The position numbers and the translations under genes were made by a program. Positions 44,771-59,813 of a stretch of DNA of 64,000 nucleotides are shown here, one piece after another. Source of the stretch: the human T2T-CHM13v2.0 reference genome, Homo sapiens; the NCBI RefSeq assembly GCF_009914755.1, contig NC_060930.1; one strand, 5' to 3'. The notes below the pieces were generated by a model. The model worked only from the letters and a program-made list of their open reading frames with translations. It did no database searches and had not been told where the DNA came from. Numbering within the stretch: position 1 is the stretch's first letter; every line of letters starts with the position of its first letter.

Positions 44771-46449
44771 AACCACTAGACTAGAAGTATTGGTGATATT
44801 GGGGTGATGCAGATTTGCAGGGACACACACACACATAAATCACAGTGTCAAAATGGGAGCAGAAACCATTTTATGACTAGCTGGACTAGTGCCTGTACCC
44901 TGTAGTAATCTGGACTACCGCTTGTTGCTTAAGTTCAGGTAAACTTAATGGGTCTTCTCCTTTTGCTTGAAATTCAACTGTTACTGCCAGCCAGTCCCTG
45001 GAGACCAGAGCATTCAGAGTTCACACACACACAAAAGAAAGCTAGAGAAATGCCAGCCCACTCTCCCAATCCAGACATTGCGCAAGCTTGCCACACAAGG
45101 CTGGGTGCAACAGGTCAAAGGGAGAGGATTCGTGTAATGCACATGCCTTTTAAAACACAGTTATCTGGATCACCAGTAAGCACAGTCCAGTCAGAATGGA
45201 ATTTGGAGACAGAGGCAGGAGATGGAGGGGTAGGAGATTTCCCTGCTACCAACTGATTTCAAAGTTCTATGGTGGTAATCAGATCAGACAGTGAGGTGAA
45301 ATCCCTTTTCTGAACTGTAAAGTTCTCTAGAGATATCATAGGTTATATTGTTATTATTAGAGTGAGTCAGAAGAGAGATTTTGCTAATGAACCACCACAA
45401 CAAATCACTGTGGCAGAAACATGCTTGAAATGTCTTTGAGCCTCCTACTTTTAGGAATGCCAATCCAGTCTTAGTGGTGAGCCTTTAGAAAACATTGGGT
45501 TTTCAATCCTATTCAACAAACCAGAAGTAGGAGGTGATTACTTTAAAGCCCAGCTTCCCACATTGACATTGATACTGGTATTAACTCTGACATGTAAAAT
45601 TAGAGTGCTGTGGTTCAGGGACCTGCCTCTGTGTCTTGCCTGCTTGAACTCAAAGGCAAGCTAATGTGATAAACCAATAGAGAGACACCATTTGAAGAAA
45701 AGAGTAAGTTATTAGTTCTTTGGGTACTTTACTCTGAGGAGCAATTCCAATTTACTCTTCAAGTTTAGAGGTGTTCAAATTTAATATTTGAATACTAAAT
45801 TCCCAGTTTCTCCCCTCTCTTTGTTCTCCCTTTCCTTTGTTATCAAAGAGACTTCAAGAATTAGAACCAACCCAAATCCTGAGCAATACAGAAGTAGGTG
45901 AGCATATTGCACTGCATCCATTCAACTGGGCACTGTGCAACCAAAGGTGAACTGTTTGTGATGTTACAGACTAAATGAGAACAGTATCTTATAAGTGGTA
46001 AGCAGGGTTTGATTTTCTGATAGCTGTCTGGAAAAAAACCTAAAAGTATATGTCTACACACAAATTATCTATGAATACAAAATATTTATTTCCTTCTTTT
46101 CACTTTCCTCCATGTTCTATATTTTATAAAGATATATAGAATATGTTATCCTCAAAAATAAGTGTTAATTTTTTTATTCTTTAAAGCATAACTTCAATTC
46201 TAAGGTATATCTTGGGAAATGTGACACCTCAAAACCATCATGTTTTTCAGATTAATATAGAAAATATGTGGTCAGTACCTATAAAGTAGGCCTACTTGTG
46301 AAGGATAGGGTCAGAAGAGTGGCCATGAGTTGTTAGGTACTTCTGGAGAAGCCTGAGAGCAGCCTGACTTGAACGCCGCCAGCATGGCCCCAGTGAGAAA
46401 TAACGAGGTCCTCAAGTAAGAGTCTCCCTGTGCTCCAAGAAGCATGCAT

Positions 46450-46925
46450 TGTGGAAATAATTCATTATCTCACCTAACAGCCAGTCCAGAAATAGCAGGA
46501 TCCGCATGACTGGTTGATTCCATCAAGAACACAGGGTCATCCCATCTCTGAGCTCTGCCATCCCCTGTGCTTGTAGCAAGCTGGATGCAGCAGCTCCAGC
46601 CACTCTATCCAGATGTGACACCATCAGAGAAGAACAGACTGTCTGACTCTGGTTCTGTAATGAGAAAGACTTTCTCAGAGGCTCTCCAATGGGCTTTCCC
46701 TCTTGCCTTGTTGGCTGGATTGGACCACCTGACTATTCCGTGTCACTGAAAAGGGCAGTTGGATAACCCTTAGACCATTCTCATCAGCACCAGGATAGGC
46801 AGCTGCCCTGGAGGCATTGTTCAGCTACATGGGAGAATGGAGAATGCCTAAACAAAAACAGGGTCCTTTAAGAACAATGAAGAGGCAATTGATTCTAGGT
46901 GGGTAACCAAAAGTGTCTAGCACAG
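46450..46925 (-). mobile_element. Old MaLR LTR (MLT1J/K-like)
   Basis: ttccctcttgccttgttggctggattggaccac; aagaggcaattgattctaggtgggtaacc. Confidence 0.45.
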
Positions 46926-49900
46926 TCCACTGAACATGAACTATTTAGATTCTTATGGCAAGTGGGTAAGATTCTCTTTTATTGGTCTGACTTCTTCCCT
47001 GAGCAGTCATCAGAGACTGTATGTCTTGACCAAAGGTAGTGACTCCTCTCAAAACAGCCATTTTCCCACCACTCTCTTCTACTGGGTTCCAGAAACTACT
47101 CTCTGCTCTTATTTGTCAGATCTGTGGATAGCTTCAGCAGTTTCTAACCCCATGGCATTGCCCCATCTCTTTCCACACAGCCAGCCCACAGCTTTGTAAA
47201 TTATTAAACACTCCTTAAATTATTCTGATTTAAGGCTATGTAATTAATTTCCTGTTAGAAAGCTGATACTGTGCCCATTCATACTGCTCACTCGTATTAC
47301 AGCTATCTACCACAGGGAAAACTATAGACATCAATAGCCTTCCAAACTGTTTTTCTTACCTTTACACATCTATATATGTGTATACATATACATGTACACA
47401 TGTATATGTATATATGTAAACATGTAATTGTTTTGATTTTAATAAATTATCATGTTATATATATATTGTTCTGTTATTTGCCTTTTTACTCCTACTCTGT
47501 TAGGAAATATTTTCATGTCAATGTGTTTTGATTTATCTTTACTCTTTATAGTGGCTAAATATTATTTGTTACTGTGAATTACCATAATTCATTAACCTCT
47601 TATCAGTACATATTTAGCTTTATTTATAATTTATTATTATAAGAACAATGTCACAATATACATCCTTACACATACATCTTTTTCATATGTGTAAATATTT
47701 CTTTAAGAGAAAAAAATTCCTAGAAATGGAATTGTTGGGTCCAAGGGCATTGCTTTTAAATTTTGGTTGAGACCAGAAAATTGCCTTCCAAAAGAGTGTC
47801 ACTGATTTCCACGCCCACCAACATGGAAGAGTGGGCCAGTTTCTTTATTCTTGCTTACATTATTCATCTTTTTCAATTTGGGCATTCTAATGGGTGGAAA
47901 ATATCTCATTGTTGTTTTGATGTGCATTTTCCTGATTACTATTGTGGTTGAGCATCTTTTCATGTTTGTTGGCCATTTGGATTTTTTCTTCTGGGAATTG
48001 CCTCTTCAGATCTTTTGTGTATTTTTTCTATTGGTTTGTTTGTCTTTTCTTTTTGATATAAAGGAGCTTTTTATATGTCTTATACATTAATCTTTTGCTT
48101 ATTAAATATGTTGCAAATATTTTCTCCTAGTGTGTCACTTATCTTTTAATACTATTCGTGTTATTTTCTGGCATATAGAATTTACTGATTTTGTAGTCAG
48201 ATCAGTACTTTTTTTCTCTCTCTTTCTAACCCCAAGTGAAATTAAAGAAAAAAAATTTAAAGAGGTAAAGTCTCCTAATCCTCTTGTGTGTTTATTTTTT
48301 AAAATTAGCATAATTTAAAATTGACTGTTTTCCTTGGTATACAGTACTATGAATTTTCATAAATGTGTAGATTTGCATAACCATCACTTCATTCAGGATA
48401 AGGAAAAGCTTCATCACCCAAAAATATCCTTGTGCTATTCCTATTTAGTTACATTTTTCCCTAACCCCCAACTGTTGGCACCTCTGATCTATTCATTACT
48501 ATTGTTGTATCTTTTCCAGAATGTCATTTAAATGAACTCATTGAGTATATAACTTTTTGAGATTGATTCTTTTACTGGGCATGATGTCTTTGAAATTAAT
48601 TTAAGACATTGCATGTATTGATAATTCTTTCATTTTCATTGCTGAGCAATATTCCATTGTGTGGATATAGTTACAGTATTCATCCACTGAAGGTCATTTG
48701 GATTGCTTCCAGTTTTTGGTGATTATGAATAGAATGATTATAAATATTCATGCACAGGTTGTTGTGTGAAAATAAACAGAAATTTTTAATTTTGACATGA
48801 TCCAATCTATCAATTTTTTTCTTTTATGGATTGTGCTTTTATTGTCATCTCTAAGAACTCTTTACTTAACCCCTGCTTACAATGATTTTCTCCTATGTTT
48901 TCTACCTAAGGTTTATAATTTTGACTTTTACACTTAAATCTATGAACCATTTCGAGTTAACTTTTGCTGTAAGCTGTGAAGTTTGGCTCAAGTTTTATGT
49001 TTTGCATATGGATGTTCAATATTTCTATTTTGTTGAAAAGACTGTCTTTTTTTCACCTTGACCATTTATCCAAATCAATTGGCCATAATTGTTGGATCTC
49101 TTTTTTTATTTTCTCCACTTTATCTATGTGTTTATCTTTTCACCAATACCACACTGTCTTGATTAGCATAGCTTTACAGCAAATCTTAAAATTAGGTAGT
49201 GTGATTCCTCCAATTTCATTTTCTTTTCCAAAATTGTTTGACTTTTCTAGTTCCTTTGACTTTACCTACAAATTTTAGAACCAATTTGTAGCTCCAAAAA
49301 TTGCTGCTGTAAATTAGTTTCAGGAGTATGAGCATCTTTACTATGTTGAATCATTCAGTCCATGAAGACAGTGTACTTCATCGTTTATCAAGGTCTTTAT
49401 TTAAAAATATTTTTTATCAGCATTTTGTAGTTTTATTATTCAAATCCTTTAAATGTTTTGTTAGATTCATACTTAAATATTTCAATTTTTTGAACCACTG
49501 AAATATTTAATCTTTTACCATTAACTGTTAATATATGGATCATATTGACAAATTTTCAAACATTGAACCAGTCTTGCATTCACAAATAAACCCCCTTGGT
49601 CATGGTGTACTATTCCTTTTATGTATTGCTGGATTTGACTTGCTATTATTTTGTTGAGGATTTTTGTGTCTATGTTTATAAGGGATATTGGTCTACAGTT
49701 TTCTTTTTCTTGAAGTGTCTTTATCTGGCTCTGGTATCAGTGTAATGCTAGGCTCATAAAATAAGAAGTAGTATCTCTTCTATTTTCTGGAATAGAGTGT
49801 GTAAAACTGGTGTTGTTTCTTTCTTTAAATATTTGGTAGAATTTGCCAGTGAAACTATCTGAGCCAGAAGATTTCTTTTTACAGAAGGTTTTAAGACACA

Positions 49901-50748
49901 AATTTAATTTCTTTATTAGTTATAGGACTAATTGGGTTGTCTATTTCACCTTGAGTAAGTTTTGGTAGTTGGTGATTTTTAGGACATTGATCCATTTCAT
50001 GTACGTTGTCAAATTTATGAGTATAGAGTTATCGACAGTATTCAATTATTATTCTTTTAATATCTATGAGGTGCAGTGATATCCCCTTTTTCATTTCTAA
50101 TGTTAGTAATTTGCATTTTCTCTCTTTTTTCTTTTGTCATTTTTACTAGAAGTTTATAAATGTTATTGATCATTTCACAGAACCAGCTTTTGGTTTCATT
50201 AATTTTCTCTGTTGCTTTTCTGTTTTCTATTTCATTGATGTTGGCTCTTGTCTTTATTATTTTCTTCCTTCTCCTGGCTTTAGATTTCTATTGCCCTTAA
50301 TTTTCTAGTTTGTGAAGGAGAAAGCTTAGATTGATTCAAGACCAGTCTTCTTTAATACTATAAGCATATAATGATAATGCTATACATTTCCCTCTTAGCT
50401 GTATCATACACATTTTGATATTTTGTATTTTCATTTTTATTAAATTCAAAATATTTTCTAATTTTCCTTCAGAGTTCCTCTTTGACCCTTGGATTGTTAA
50501 GATATATTTTGTTTAAAATCCAAATGTTTGGAGAGTTGTCTTTATGTTATTGGTCTGTGTTCTATTACTGTCAGAGATCATAGTTTGTATGATGTTGAAT
50601 ATTTTTAACTTGTTAGGATTATGGTCTGTCTTGGTGAATGTTTCAAGTATACCTGAAAAGAATGTTTAATCTTCTGTTGTATGAAGTGTTCTGTAAATGT
50701 CAATTAGATCCAGTTGTTTAATGATATTGCTCAGCACTGCTATATCTT

Positions 50749-51057
<309 letters not shown>

Positions 51058-51678
51058 TGATTTCTGTCTATTGGTTCTATTAATTATTGAGAAAGGAGTA
51101 CTTGAGTTTCAAAATATAATTGTGGATTTGTTTATTCTTCTTTCAGCTCTGTTATTTTTGTTTCATCTGCTTTGCGACACTGATGCCAAATGTAACCATA
51201 TTTAGGATCATTATGTCTTCTTATTAAATTGACTATTGTTTCATTACATTATTTCCCTCTTTATGTCTGGAATATTTATTTGCCAAATATTAATATATCC
51301 ACAACTTTTTTTAATCAGTGTTTGCATGGTATTTTTTAACCTTTTCACCATATATTATTACATTTTTGCATAACACTATTACAAACATATTTCTTATCTA
51401 CCTATATCATATATCCAAAGTGTGTTTCTTGTAGCCAGCATATAGATGGGTCACATTTTTAAAAATTCATTCTTCTAATCTGTCTTTTAATTGATGTGTT
51501 CATACCATGTGCATTTAATTTAATTATTGGTTTCCTTGTATTTCGAACTACCATTTTATTATGCATTTTTTGTTTCCTCAGTTTTTCATTCCTCTGTTTC
51601 CCCCTTTCTACCTTCTGTGGGGTTATTTGAACACATTTCTTATTCCATTTAATTTATTAACTATATTTTTTGTATCTT

Positions 51679-52053
51679 TGTTATGAAGTAAATGTTTGTG
51701 TCCCCCAAAATTCATATGTAGAAACCCTATCCTCCACTGTGGTGGTATTGGGAGGAAATTACCTTTGAGAGGTAATTAGGATTAGATGAAGTCATAAGGG
51801 TGAAGCCCTCAGATGGGATTAGTGTCCTCATAAAAATCATGAGAGAGCATCTTTCCTCTTTCAGCTCTACACCATGTGAGAATACTATGAGAAGTCGGCA
51901 GCCTGCGACCTGGAAAAGGGCCCTCACCAAAATTTGGCCATGATGGCACCCTGATCTCAAACTTCTAGTCTTTAGAACTGTGAGAAATGAAATTCTGTCA
52001 TTTATAAGCCACCCAGTGTATTGGGTCTTATTATAGTAGCCCAAACTAAGACA
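51679..52053 (+). mobile_element. MaLR LTR (MLT1A/MSTD-like)
   Basis: tgttatg...gtttgtgtcccccaaaattcatatgt...ttatagtagcccaaactaagaca. Confidence 0.85.
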
Positions 52054-52784
52054 ATAGCTTTTTTAGTGGTTACTGTACAATATACACACTTAACTTTTTA
52101 CAATCTACTTAGAATCAGCGATTTACCACTTCAAATGGAATGTGGAAATCTTACCATTTTATAGGTCCCTCCTCCATTTTATGTTGTAGTTTATAAATTA
52201 TACTTACATATGTTGAAAACATCATCTTTTAATAAATGTTCAAACATTTTTACGTACATTTACTTATTTATCAACTTTATAATCAGTTTGTCTGTGCCCT
52301 TAAAACATTCATCTGGGGTTTGATTGGAATTTCAATAAAGTTGTAAATACTTGGGGGAGAATGACCACTGCTAAATAAAATGCCTGGTGTCTAGTAAATA
52401 ATTATTGAGTGAATGAGAAATTTGTACTATTGAGAGTTCCCATAGTGGAAGATGTTATGCCTTTCTATTTACTTACATATTTTAAGTTTTCTTTTAAAAA
52501 ATATTTAGTCTAGTCTTATGTCATGGTAATTAATCTACACATGAGTGGTTTCAACTGAGCCAACCATAATGACACTGTGACTCCCTTGACCATAACTGAT
52601 TTGTTCAGGGATGCACACTTGACTCAAGCTGTGACAATCATAGCTCTTATAAGAAATTGAAAATTCAAGAAAAGAGAGAAATAGTTGTAGTTTCTCTGAG
52701 GTGCTGGATGCAGTAAGATGTGGGGCTCTTCTACTAAGGGCAGTTATGTCTGTGTTTCATAGAGAGGAAGAAGCAGAGACCCAG

Positions 52785-52983
52785 CTAGCCCCTTGCATCA
52801 TGTGAGAACACGTGAGAAGGGACCTCTGCAAACCAGAAAGTGGGGCTGTCACCTGACATTGAGTCTGCTGATGTCTTGATCTTGGACTCCCCAGCCTCTA
52901 GAACAGTGAGAAATACATTTCTATTGTTTATAAACTACCCAGTTTATGGTATTTTGCCATAGCAGCTTAAACAGACTAAGACA
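52785..52983 (+). mobile_element. MaLR LTR 3' half (MLT1A/MSTD-like)
   Basis: cttgatcttggactccccagcctctagaacagtgagaaata...acagactaagaca. Confidence 0.8.
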
Positions 52984-53977
52984 CTTGCCCTTCCTGCAGT
53001 TAACAGGGTGACAAAATTGTCCTTTTTGCTATGTTTATCAAGTTGGGTTTTTGTCATTTAAAACCCAGAAAAGATCTAACTATCATAAACGTCCCTAATG
53101 ATTCAAAGAGGATTATCTCTAGGCTGCCAAGAAAATATACTACAGACACTACTTTCATGAATAGGTAATGATTATTATTATTATAATCAACTCAGTATTG
53201 CTATGTAAATGATAGCTTTTAAAGTATTTAAGGTACTTGAAAACTAGTTTCAAAAGTTGTTTAAACATTTTCCGTGCAATCTTGCCCAACTTAATTAGCC
53301 TGGTAAATTATAGTTAATATGAATCCATCAAAGATAAACTTCAGGCTAGCCTCTGTCAAATTACCTAAAATTATGTATTAATTAAGTAGTAAATTTTTTC
53401 AGGTGCTAGAATAAGCTACCATAATTAGAAACCAGAGATTTTCTAGAATATGAAAAGTCTTACAAGCATTTCAATAGTAACAGATCAGACTGCCAAATGA
53501 ATTACTAGTGATACCATCATTACAGCAATGTCATTATTCTAAATGAAATGCTAAGAAAACCTTTAGCAGTTAATGCTTTAGGATGGCAAAGAAGGGCCCA
53601 GTGAATTACCTGTAATAATATATGAATGTTCATTAGCCCCTTTTGCTCAAATCTACATAACTAGGTCTTGTTATTTTCTGCTAAAATACCTGCCTCATCT
53701 TAAACCCACATTCACTCAGACTCTGAAGCCAACCCTATTCCTTCTCTAGTTTAAGGGGAATTTAAAAGCCCTTCACCAGTAGCATCGAGGTTCATGGTTA
53801 AGTCAGCTTTAAGGTTATTCTTGCTGTAATCTTGTTTCCTATTTAAGGCTCAGCTCTCTACCTGTCAAGGGTCCAGTAAAGTTCCACGGCCCTTGAGGAT
53901 GAGGAACCAGTCTAATCCCATAGGTCTTAGATCCAGAGCCTTGTCCCTGAACCCTGGTAGTTGCATCTGGGCCCTAT

Positions 53978-55400
53978 TGTTATGGGACCTTTGGGGTGTC
54001 GCTTTTCTGGCCTGAAACCTCTGGCCTGTGGTGCCTCTGCCCAAGTTTTGCTCAGGCCCATTGGGCTCATGCTGCCCACTTGGCCTGGCAGGCTGCACTC
54101 GGCTCACACTACTGGCCTAGATCGCATGCCTGCCAAGGGTGAATCAGTCATGGAGCGGTGAGGGGTGTGTGAGTGAGCATGGGATCCAGCCACTGCACAG
54201 TCAGACACGCTGGCTGCTGCAGCTGGGTGGGCCAGCATGGGCGCCGGCTATTTGCCAGGCTGTGAGGGTGTGGATGGACCAGGCACACTGCAAGCAGCTT
54301 CCCTCGTTGGCACCAGAGACCACAGTGGAACCCGTAAGCTTGGAAATGCCAGGCACCGCACACCTCCAAAGAGAGAGTCACAGCCCTGGCTCAGGGAGCT
54401 CCCAGGTCTGGGCTCCCCAAGGGGCTGCAGCTCTTCTCTCCTTCTCTTCACCCACAACATGGTGAGCAAGGGGCATATTTAAGCCCTGTTTGTGTTACAG
54501 CTCTTTTAGCTCCACCATTCAGTGGGTTCCGAGTTCTTGTCCTGCAACCAGGAAGAATGAGGTATGCAGATAAGTGGAGGGTGAACAAGATGAAGAGGAG
54601 CTTTATTGAGCAATAGAACATCTCACAGAGGACCCACAGTGGGTAGCTCCTTTACGCAGCCAGGGTGTCGCATCAAGTGTTCAGCTCCTAGCACAGAGGA
54701 GACCCTGGAGTTGGAAGCTCCTCTCTGCAGGCAGGTTGTCCTGTTGTCTTCCCAGCTCTCAGCAGAAAGGAGGCCCTGGAGTGGGTCTACAGGTAGGCTG
54801 TCTTGTCACCTCCCAGCTCCTGGCAGAGAGGAGGCACTGGAGTGGATTGCTCCTCTCTGCTGCCAGTTGTCCCAATGTCTCTTGCTATCAGCAGAAAGTG
54901 TTGCTCCTCTCTGCAGCTGGTCATCCCATTGTCTCCTCAACTGTGGCTGAGCCTGGGTTTTTATGGGCCTCAGAGGGGAGGGAGCGTGAAAGGATTGGGC
55001 CATGGGAAAGGCACCAGGAAAGGCACCGCAAGTTCCCACTCCGGTCTGTGAGACTGGCAACCCGGCCCCCAGCCTTCAGGCCCTCCATGGCCTGAAGGTG
55101 GGAACTCATGGGGATCCACTGCCTTCCACCCAGGAGTCTCTCTGCCTCCTGCTGCTATTCATGGTGCCCAGGGCTCTGCCTGATGTTCTGAGATCTGAGT
55201 GGGCTCAGAGAGCAGGGAGAAGCCAGGCAGCAGGAGGAGGCACTTCCGAGCCTGCCAGGTCAGGGGGGCCTTCCTGGACCCCCAAGAGTGCAGGGATATC
55301 TGAGTCTGCTGCTGCGGCTTCAGCAGCAGCAGCTGCACCTGGGGTGGGGGTGGGGCTCCTACCTGCTCCATGGAGCAGGAGCCTGGGTCTGCACCCAGCT
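53978..55400 (-). mobile_element. ERV1 LTR, MER52-family (long, GC-rich), probably truncated
   Basis: tgttatgggacctttggggtgtcgcttttctggcc...; gagttcttgtcctgcaaccaggaagaatgaggtatgcaga...ctttattgag; internal gctcctctctgc repeats. Confidence 0.85.
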
Positions 55401-57457
55401 GGTTTACCTGCCAGACTGTGAGCCCCTTGAAGTCAGGCACAGAATTCTATTCATCTTACATTCTAAGTACTTACAAATACTTCTGAACCTTCATAGATAG
55501 TCAGTCAACATGTATAATAGTAAAGTTGAGGTACAATAATACTTAAAAAATTTCTCTATTAAACAATATATTACCATCCCCAGTTACTCAGAAGACCTGA
55601 GAGACACTTTGTTGATTAGTAATCTTGTACCACAAAATTCTGTCCCTCTACTAAGTGCCGTGATACGCAGGAAAAAGTAACAAGACCCCACTATTTTACT
55701 CCATCTAAATTTGTCTTGAATATTCAGAATGATGCCAACGTTCTTCAGGCCACAATAGTACCAGACTCAAGGACAATACTGAATTTTTCCAACCTACTTC
55801 AGTGCGTCTTTGATCTTTGGCTTTAGAGCATTCAGCAATTTTCATAATGAATTATGGCATCCTGGATTTTACAGTGATAATTATAAAATAGTCATGCTAA
55901 AATATCAACAACCATTAAAAAATATAGGAATGTATGGTATAAAAGTTAAGATCACATGATCTAGAGTCACACTTGTGATTAAATCCTGGATCTGGCTGTG
56001 TAATGTTAGTCTAATATTCACTTAACTTCCATAATGGTGAGTTTTGTCCTCTTACTATGGGGACACGATTAAATGATTTAAAGTGTCAAGCATAATGTCA
56101 GGCACATAGAAAGTACTTATAAAAAAGTATTTGCTTATCATTATTAGCTATTATAAACTTGTAGGAGAAGCAACATCTCTTTTTTTATAATTTATTAATC
56201 AAAAACTGTTTATTGAACACCTTATTATGTGAGAAACACTGAGCTAATTATTTTGGGGAATATGAAGCTGTAAAATGCAATGTCTGAGGACTAAAGTTTA
56301 TAATTCAAAGGAGGGGTAAGTCACGGACCAAAAACTAGACCCAAGGACAGAAAATAGGAAGTGACCCATGAGAAGCATATACAAAACACTTCCAGAGTTT
56401 AGTGGATGGAGGGTGAACACACAGGTCTCAGAGAGGAGGAGCCCTGGGCATCCATCCTGCACATTCTTGCACATTCCTGCTCTGTGCAATGATGTGCACA
56501 TAAAAGGTGTCCCATAAATGTCTGGTTTTCTGTCCCTTACCCGCAATGTTCTGAACCAGTAAAAAGTAGTTGCTCTTAAAAAAAAAATGCTAATCTGAGT
56601 AATTTAAGGGATTTTTTTGCTTCTACTATTTATGATTCTACCACAGTGATATTTAATTGTATGGTATTCTTTAAGAACGTGTAAAGGGATCCTTGCAAGT
56701 CTGCCTAATAGATACTCATTAATTCAGCCAAGCTAAAAGAGCTGTAAATGAAACTGACAAATACTATTATCCCACTTGCTATATTTTTCTTTTTAAAATC
56801 AGCAGAATATAGTTTGAGGCTCTCTAAACTTCTGACACTGTGCTGGGAGCCAAAAGGCCACAGATAATTAATGTGGAATGGTGCTGAGTCCATTTCTCTT
56901 TCATCTTTAATATGTAGTAAAAGCCACAGGAATATCCAGTCCAGAGGTTTGAAATCAGTAGCCTTGATGTCCCTTAAAAGGCATCAGATGTAATTACCCT
57001 CACCCCTATCCTCCCCTTCCTTTTATGTAGGCAAAAGTGAGGAAGTGCCTGGGTCAGTAGAGGAGAGTTAGCTTCCTGCACTATGTCCTTTGGAGAGAGG
57101 TGAATCTTGTCCGCCTGTAAGGGTGGGAAGAGAGGTCCTTCCCAGGGGTTTATGCTCTGGGGAATGAAGAACAAGCCTGACTATTTTGGTGACTGATGCC
57201 AAGATTATAAAATCTGCGTTGAGTTTATATCCAGTCAGAGTTTATAGATGACTATGTATCAAGTTTTGAGGGCTTTAGAGCCAGCCCTGAAATCCTTAAA
57301 TGCCAGGGCCTCGAATGACACCATTCAACATTTATTCCTTTGAGTTCTGCATATCTTGTCTTTGCAATTCTCCTTTTAAACACAAATGGCTCCGGGAGAC
57401 AAAATGTTGCTGAATACTGTTATACTTTAGCAAGAATTGGTTTGTCAATATCCCTCT

Positions 57458-57493
57458 CATCGTCATCATCATCATTATCATCATCATCGTCAT
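57458..57493. repeat. Imperfect (CAT)n repeat
   Basis: catcgtcatcatcatcattatcatcatcatcgtcat. Confidence 0.8.
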
Positions 57494-57871
57494 TCACAGC
57501 CATCACTTATTGAGTGCCTGTTTTATTCCAGGCATGCCATATCTGGGATAGAAGTGGTAAATACACAGAAGCTTAAACACAAATTTAGAATCATTCTTAG
57601 CAGTCATACATGGGGAAGACAATTTTAAATTATTTAGCAAAATTCTTCAAGTCAAGTAAGTTGTTTTTCTCTGGTCAACTTCTAAGTATCCAGTTCCTTA
57701 CATTAGCACAAAATAGCTTATATTTGGGTTTGAAATGTACATTGTGCTTGTGCTTTTGTTTAAATGTAAGTGTGCCCATTACTCTGGGAATTCGAGATTA
57801 CTTCTAAACAAACGATAGCATTGCACTCTCTGAAAGTCTCTATTGGATGGGAAACTGGGTTCTAAACAACC

Positions 57872-58045
57872 TTCTTTTTTATTTGTATAAATTTATGGGG
57901 TGCAAGTGCAATTTTGTTTCATGCATAGATTGCACAGTGGTTAAGTCAGAGCTTTGAGGCATCCATCTCTCAAATAACATATATTGTACCCATTAAATAA
58001 TTTCTCACCTTCCACCCACCTCCACTCCCTAACAACCTTTTCCGG
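57872..58045 (-). mobile_element. Short L1MA 3' end fragment
   Basis: tttatggggtgcaagtgcaattttgtttcatgcatagattgcacagtgg. Confidence 0.7.
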
Positions 58046-59316
58046 GATGTCAACCGGCTCACCACTCCACCACGGCAGGGAAGAGCACAATGTCTTTGAA
58101 ACTGATGCAACCTCCACTCAGACTTGGGCATCCATGCTGCACATTCCTGGATTCCTGGCTGGGCGAGGTCAGGGTGGGAAGAGAAAGAAGGGAGATGTTC
58201 ACACTCTCCCAGGAAGAGCAAGTATTACAAATGGAGGATTATTTGGTTCTCTCTCAATCTCTCCCTCTCGCTCTCTCTCTCTCTTTCTCTCTCTCTCTCC
58301 CCCCGACCCCTCTATCCTCCTCTCTGTGTGTGTGTGTGCATGTGTGGAAAAAATATATATTCTTATCAAGAGATATATGCTAAGGTGCAATTTTCTGCTT
58401 TTGTCACAGATCCTTGTGCAAAAATCTTAATTAGACTGCTACTTTATAGAGTCACAACTGGACTATCCAGGCCCACCACAGGGTGTCTGCTGGTGTTACT
58501 GGCTGTCTTGGCACTTAGGTCCCCATCTAAGCTGTTTCCCATGTGCACCAGAGACTCTGCCTTTTCTGTGATTGTATGATGATAGTTGAGTTACTCTATA
58601 ACTAATAGTAATTTATTTTAGTCACCTGTGGCCACCAATACAGATTTGAAATTCAAATGCACTCAGTTGAAAGTGGCACACTTACCCAGCACAGAGCCTT
58701 CTCTTCCTTTACTTAAAATTGCACTTGCTTCCAGTCCCAAGCACTCCCACCTCCCTTCCCTCATTTACTTTTCTTTTTTTTTCTCAAAACATGTTTCACC
58801 ATCTGACCTATTATATGTTCTATTTATTTATTGGTTTGTTTTCCATGTTCTCACCAGAGTAGAAATGAGCTCTCAAAGTAAAGAAATTTTTTTCTTGTGT
58901 TGATTATTTTGTGCCTAGCAAGCATTAGCATAATATCTGGCACATGATAGGTACTTAATAAGTAACTACTGAGTCTAATAAATAGGTAAAATTGTTCCAT
59001 AATCATTTGATAAATGCAAAAATAGTACAAGAAAGATGGGAACTTTTAAAGCTACAGAAAAGCACCAAGAAGAAAATAAAAACACCCTCAGCCAGAAATG
59101 TTAATATTGTGGCATGAATATATCCAATGTTTTTTTCTCAATTTGTCCTTGATTAACATTACACTGCACATTTTGGCTTGTAATCTGTTTTTCACATGTA
59201 AGCAGTTTCTCATATAATAAAATTTTCTTCTACTGCATGATTTTAATGGGTACATAATATTTTATGGTATAGCCATACCATAAGGTATTTAATTAGTCAC
59301 TTGTTGACTATTGAGT

Positions 59317-59320
<4 letters not shown>

Positions 59321-59348
<28 letters not shown>

Positions 59349-59627
59349 GAGACTGAGTTTCACTCTATTGCCCAGGCTGGAGTGCAGAGGCACGATCTCG
59401 GCTCACTGCAACCTCCGCCTTCTGGGTTCAAGTGATTCTCCCTCGTCAGCCTCCTGAGTACCTGGGATTACAGGCACCCGTCACCAGGCCTGGCTAACTT
59501 TGTATTTTTAGTAGAGATAGAGTTTCGCCATGTTGCCCAGACTGATCTCGAACTCCTGACCTCAGGTGATCCATCGGCCTCAGCTTCCCAAAATGCTGGG
59601 ATTGCAGGCATGAGCCACCTCGCCCAG
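59321..59627 (-). mobile_element. AluS with (AAAAC)n tail and perfect TSD
   Basis: TSD gactattgagttttt at 59306-59320 and 59630-59644. Confidence 0.95.
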
Positions 59628-59813
59628 TAGACTATTGAGTTTTATTATAGGAGACTTCTTTGAAAATCCTTTTTGCTGCCATGTATCTAATTCTTCTCTA
59701 TAAGAAGCATATGGAATAAACAAACTGAGAATAAGTATCCTTTCTTAAATAAGATGTGTCATAGACCACATAACTCTTCCTAGAAATAAGCAGCATAGAT
59801 GCCATAAAGCAAG

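Noticed and set aside
53865-55500. Dense overlapping ORFs on both strands
   Set aside because: Explained by the GC-rich MER52 LTR; no protein similarity recognised.
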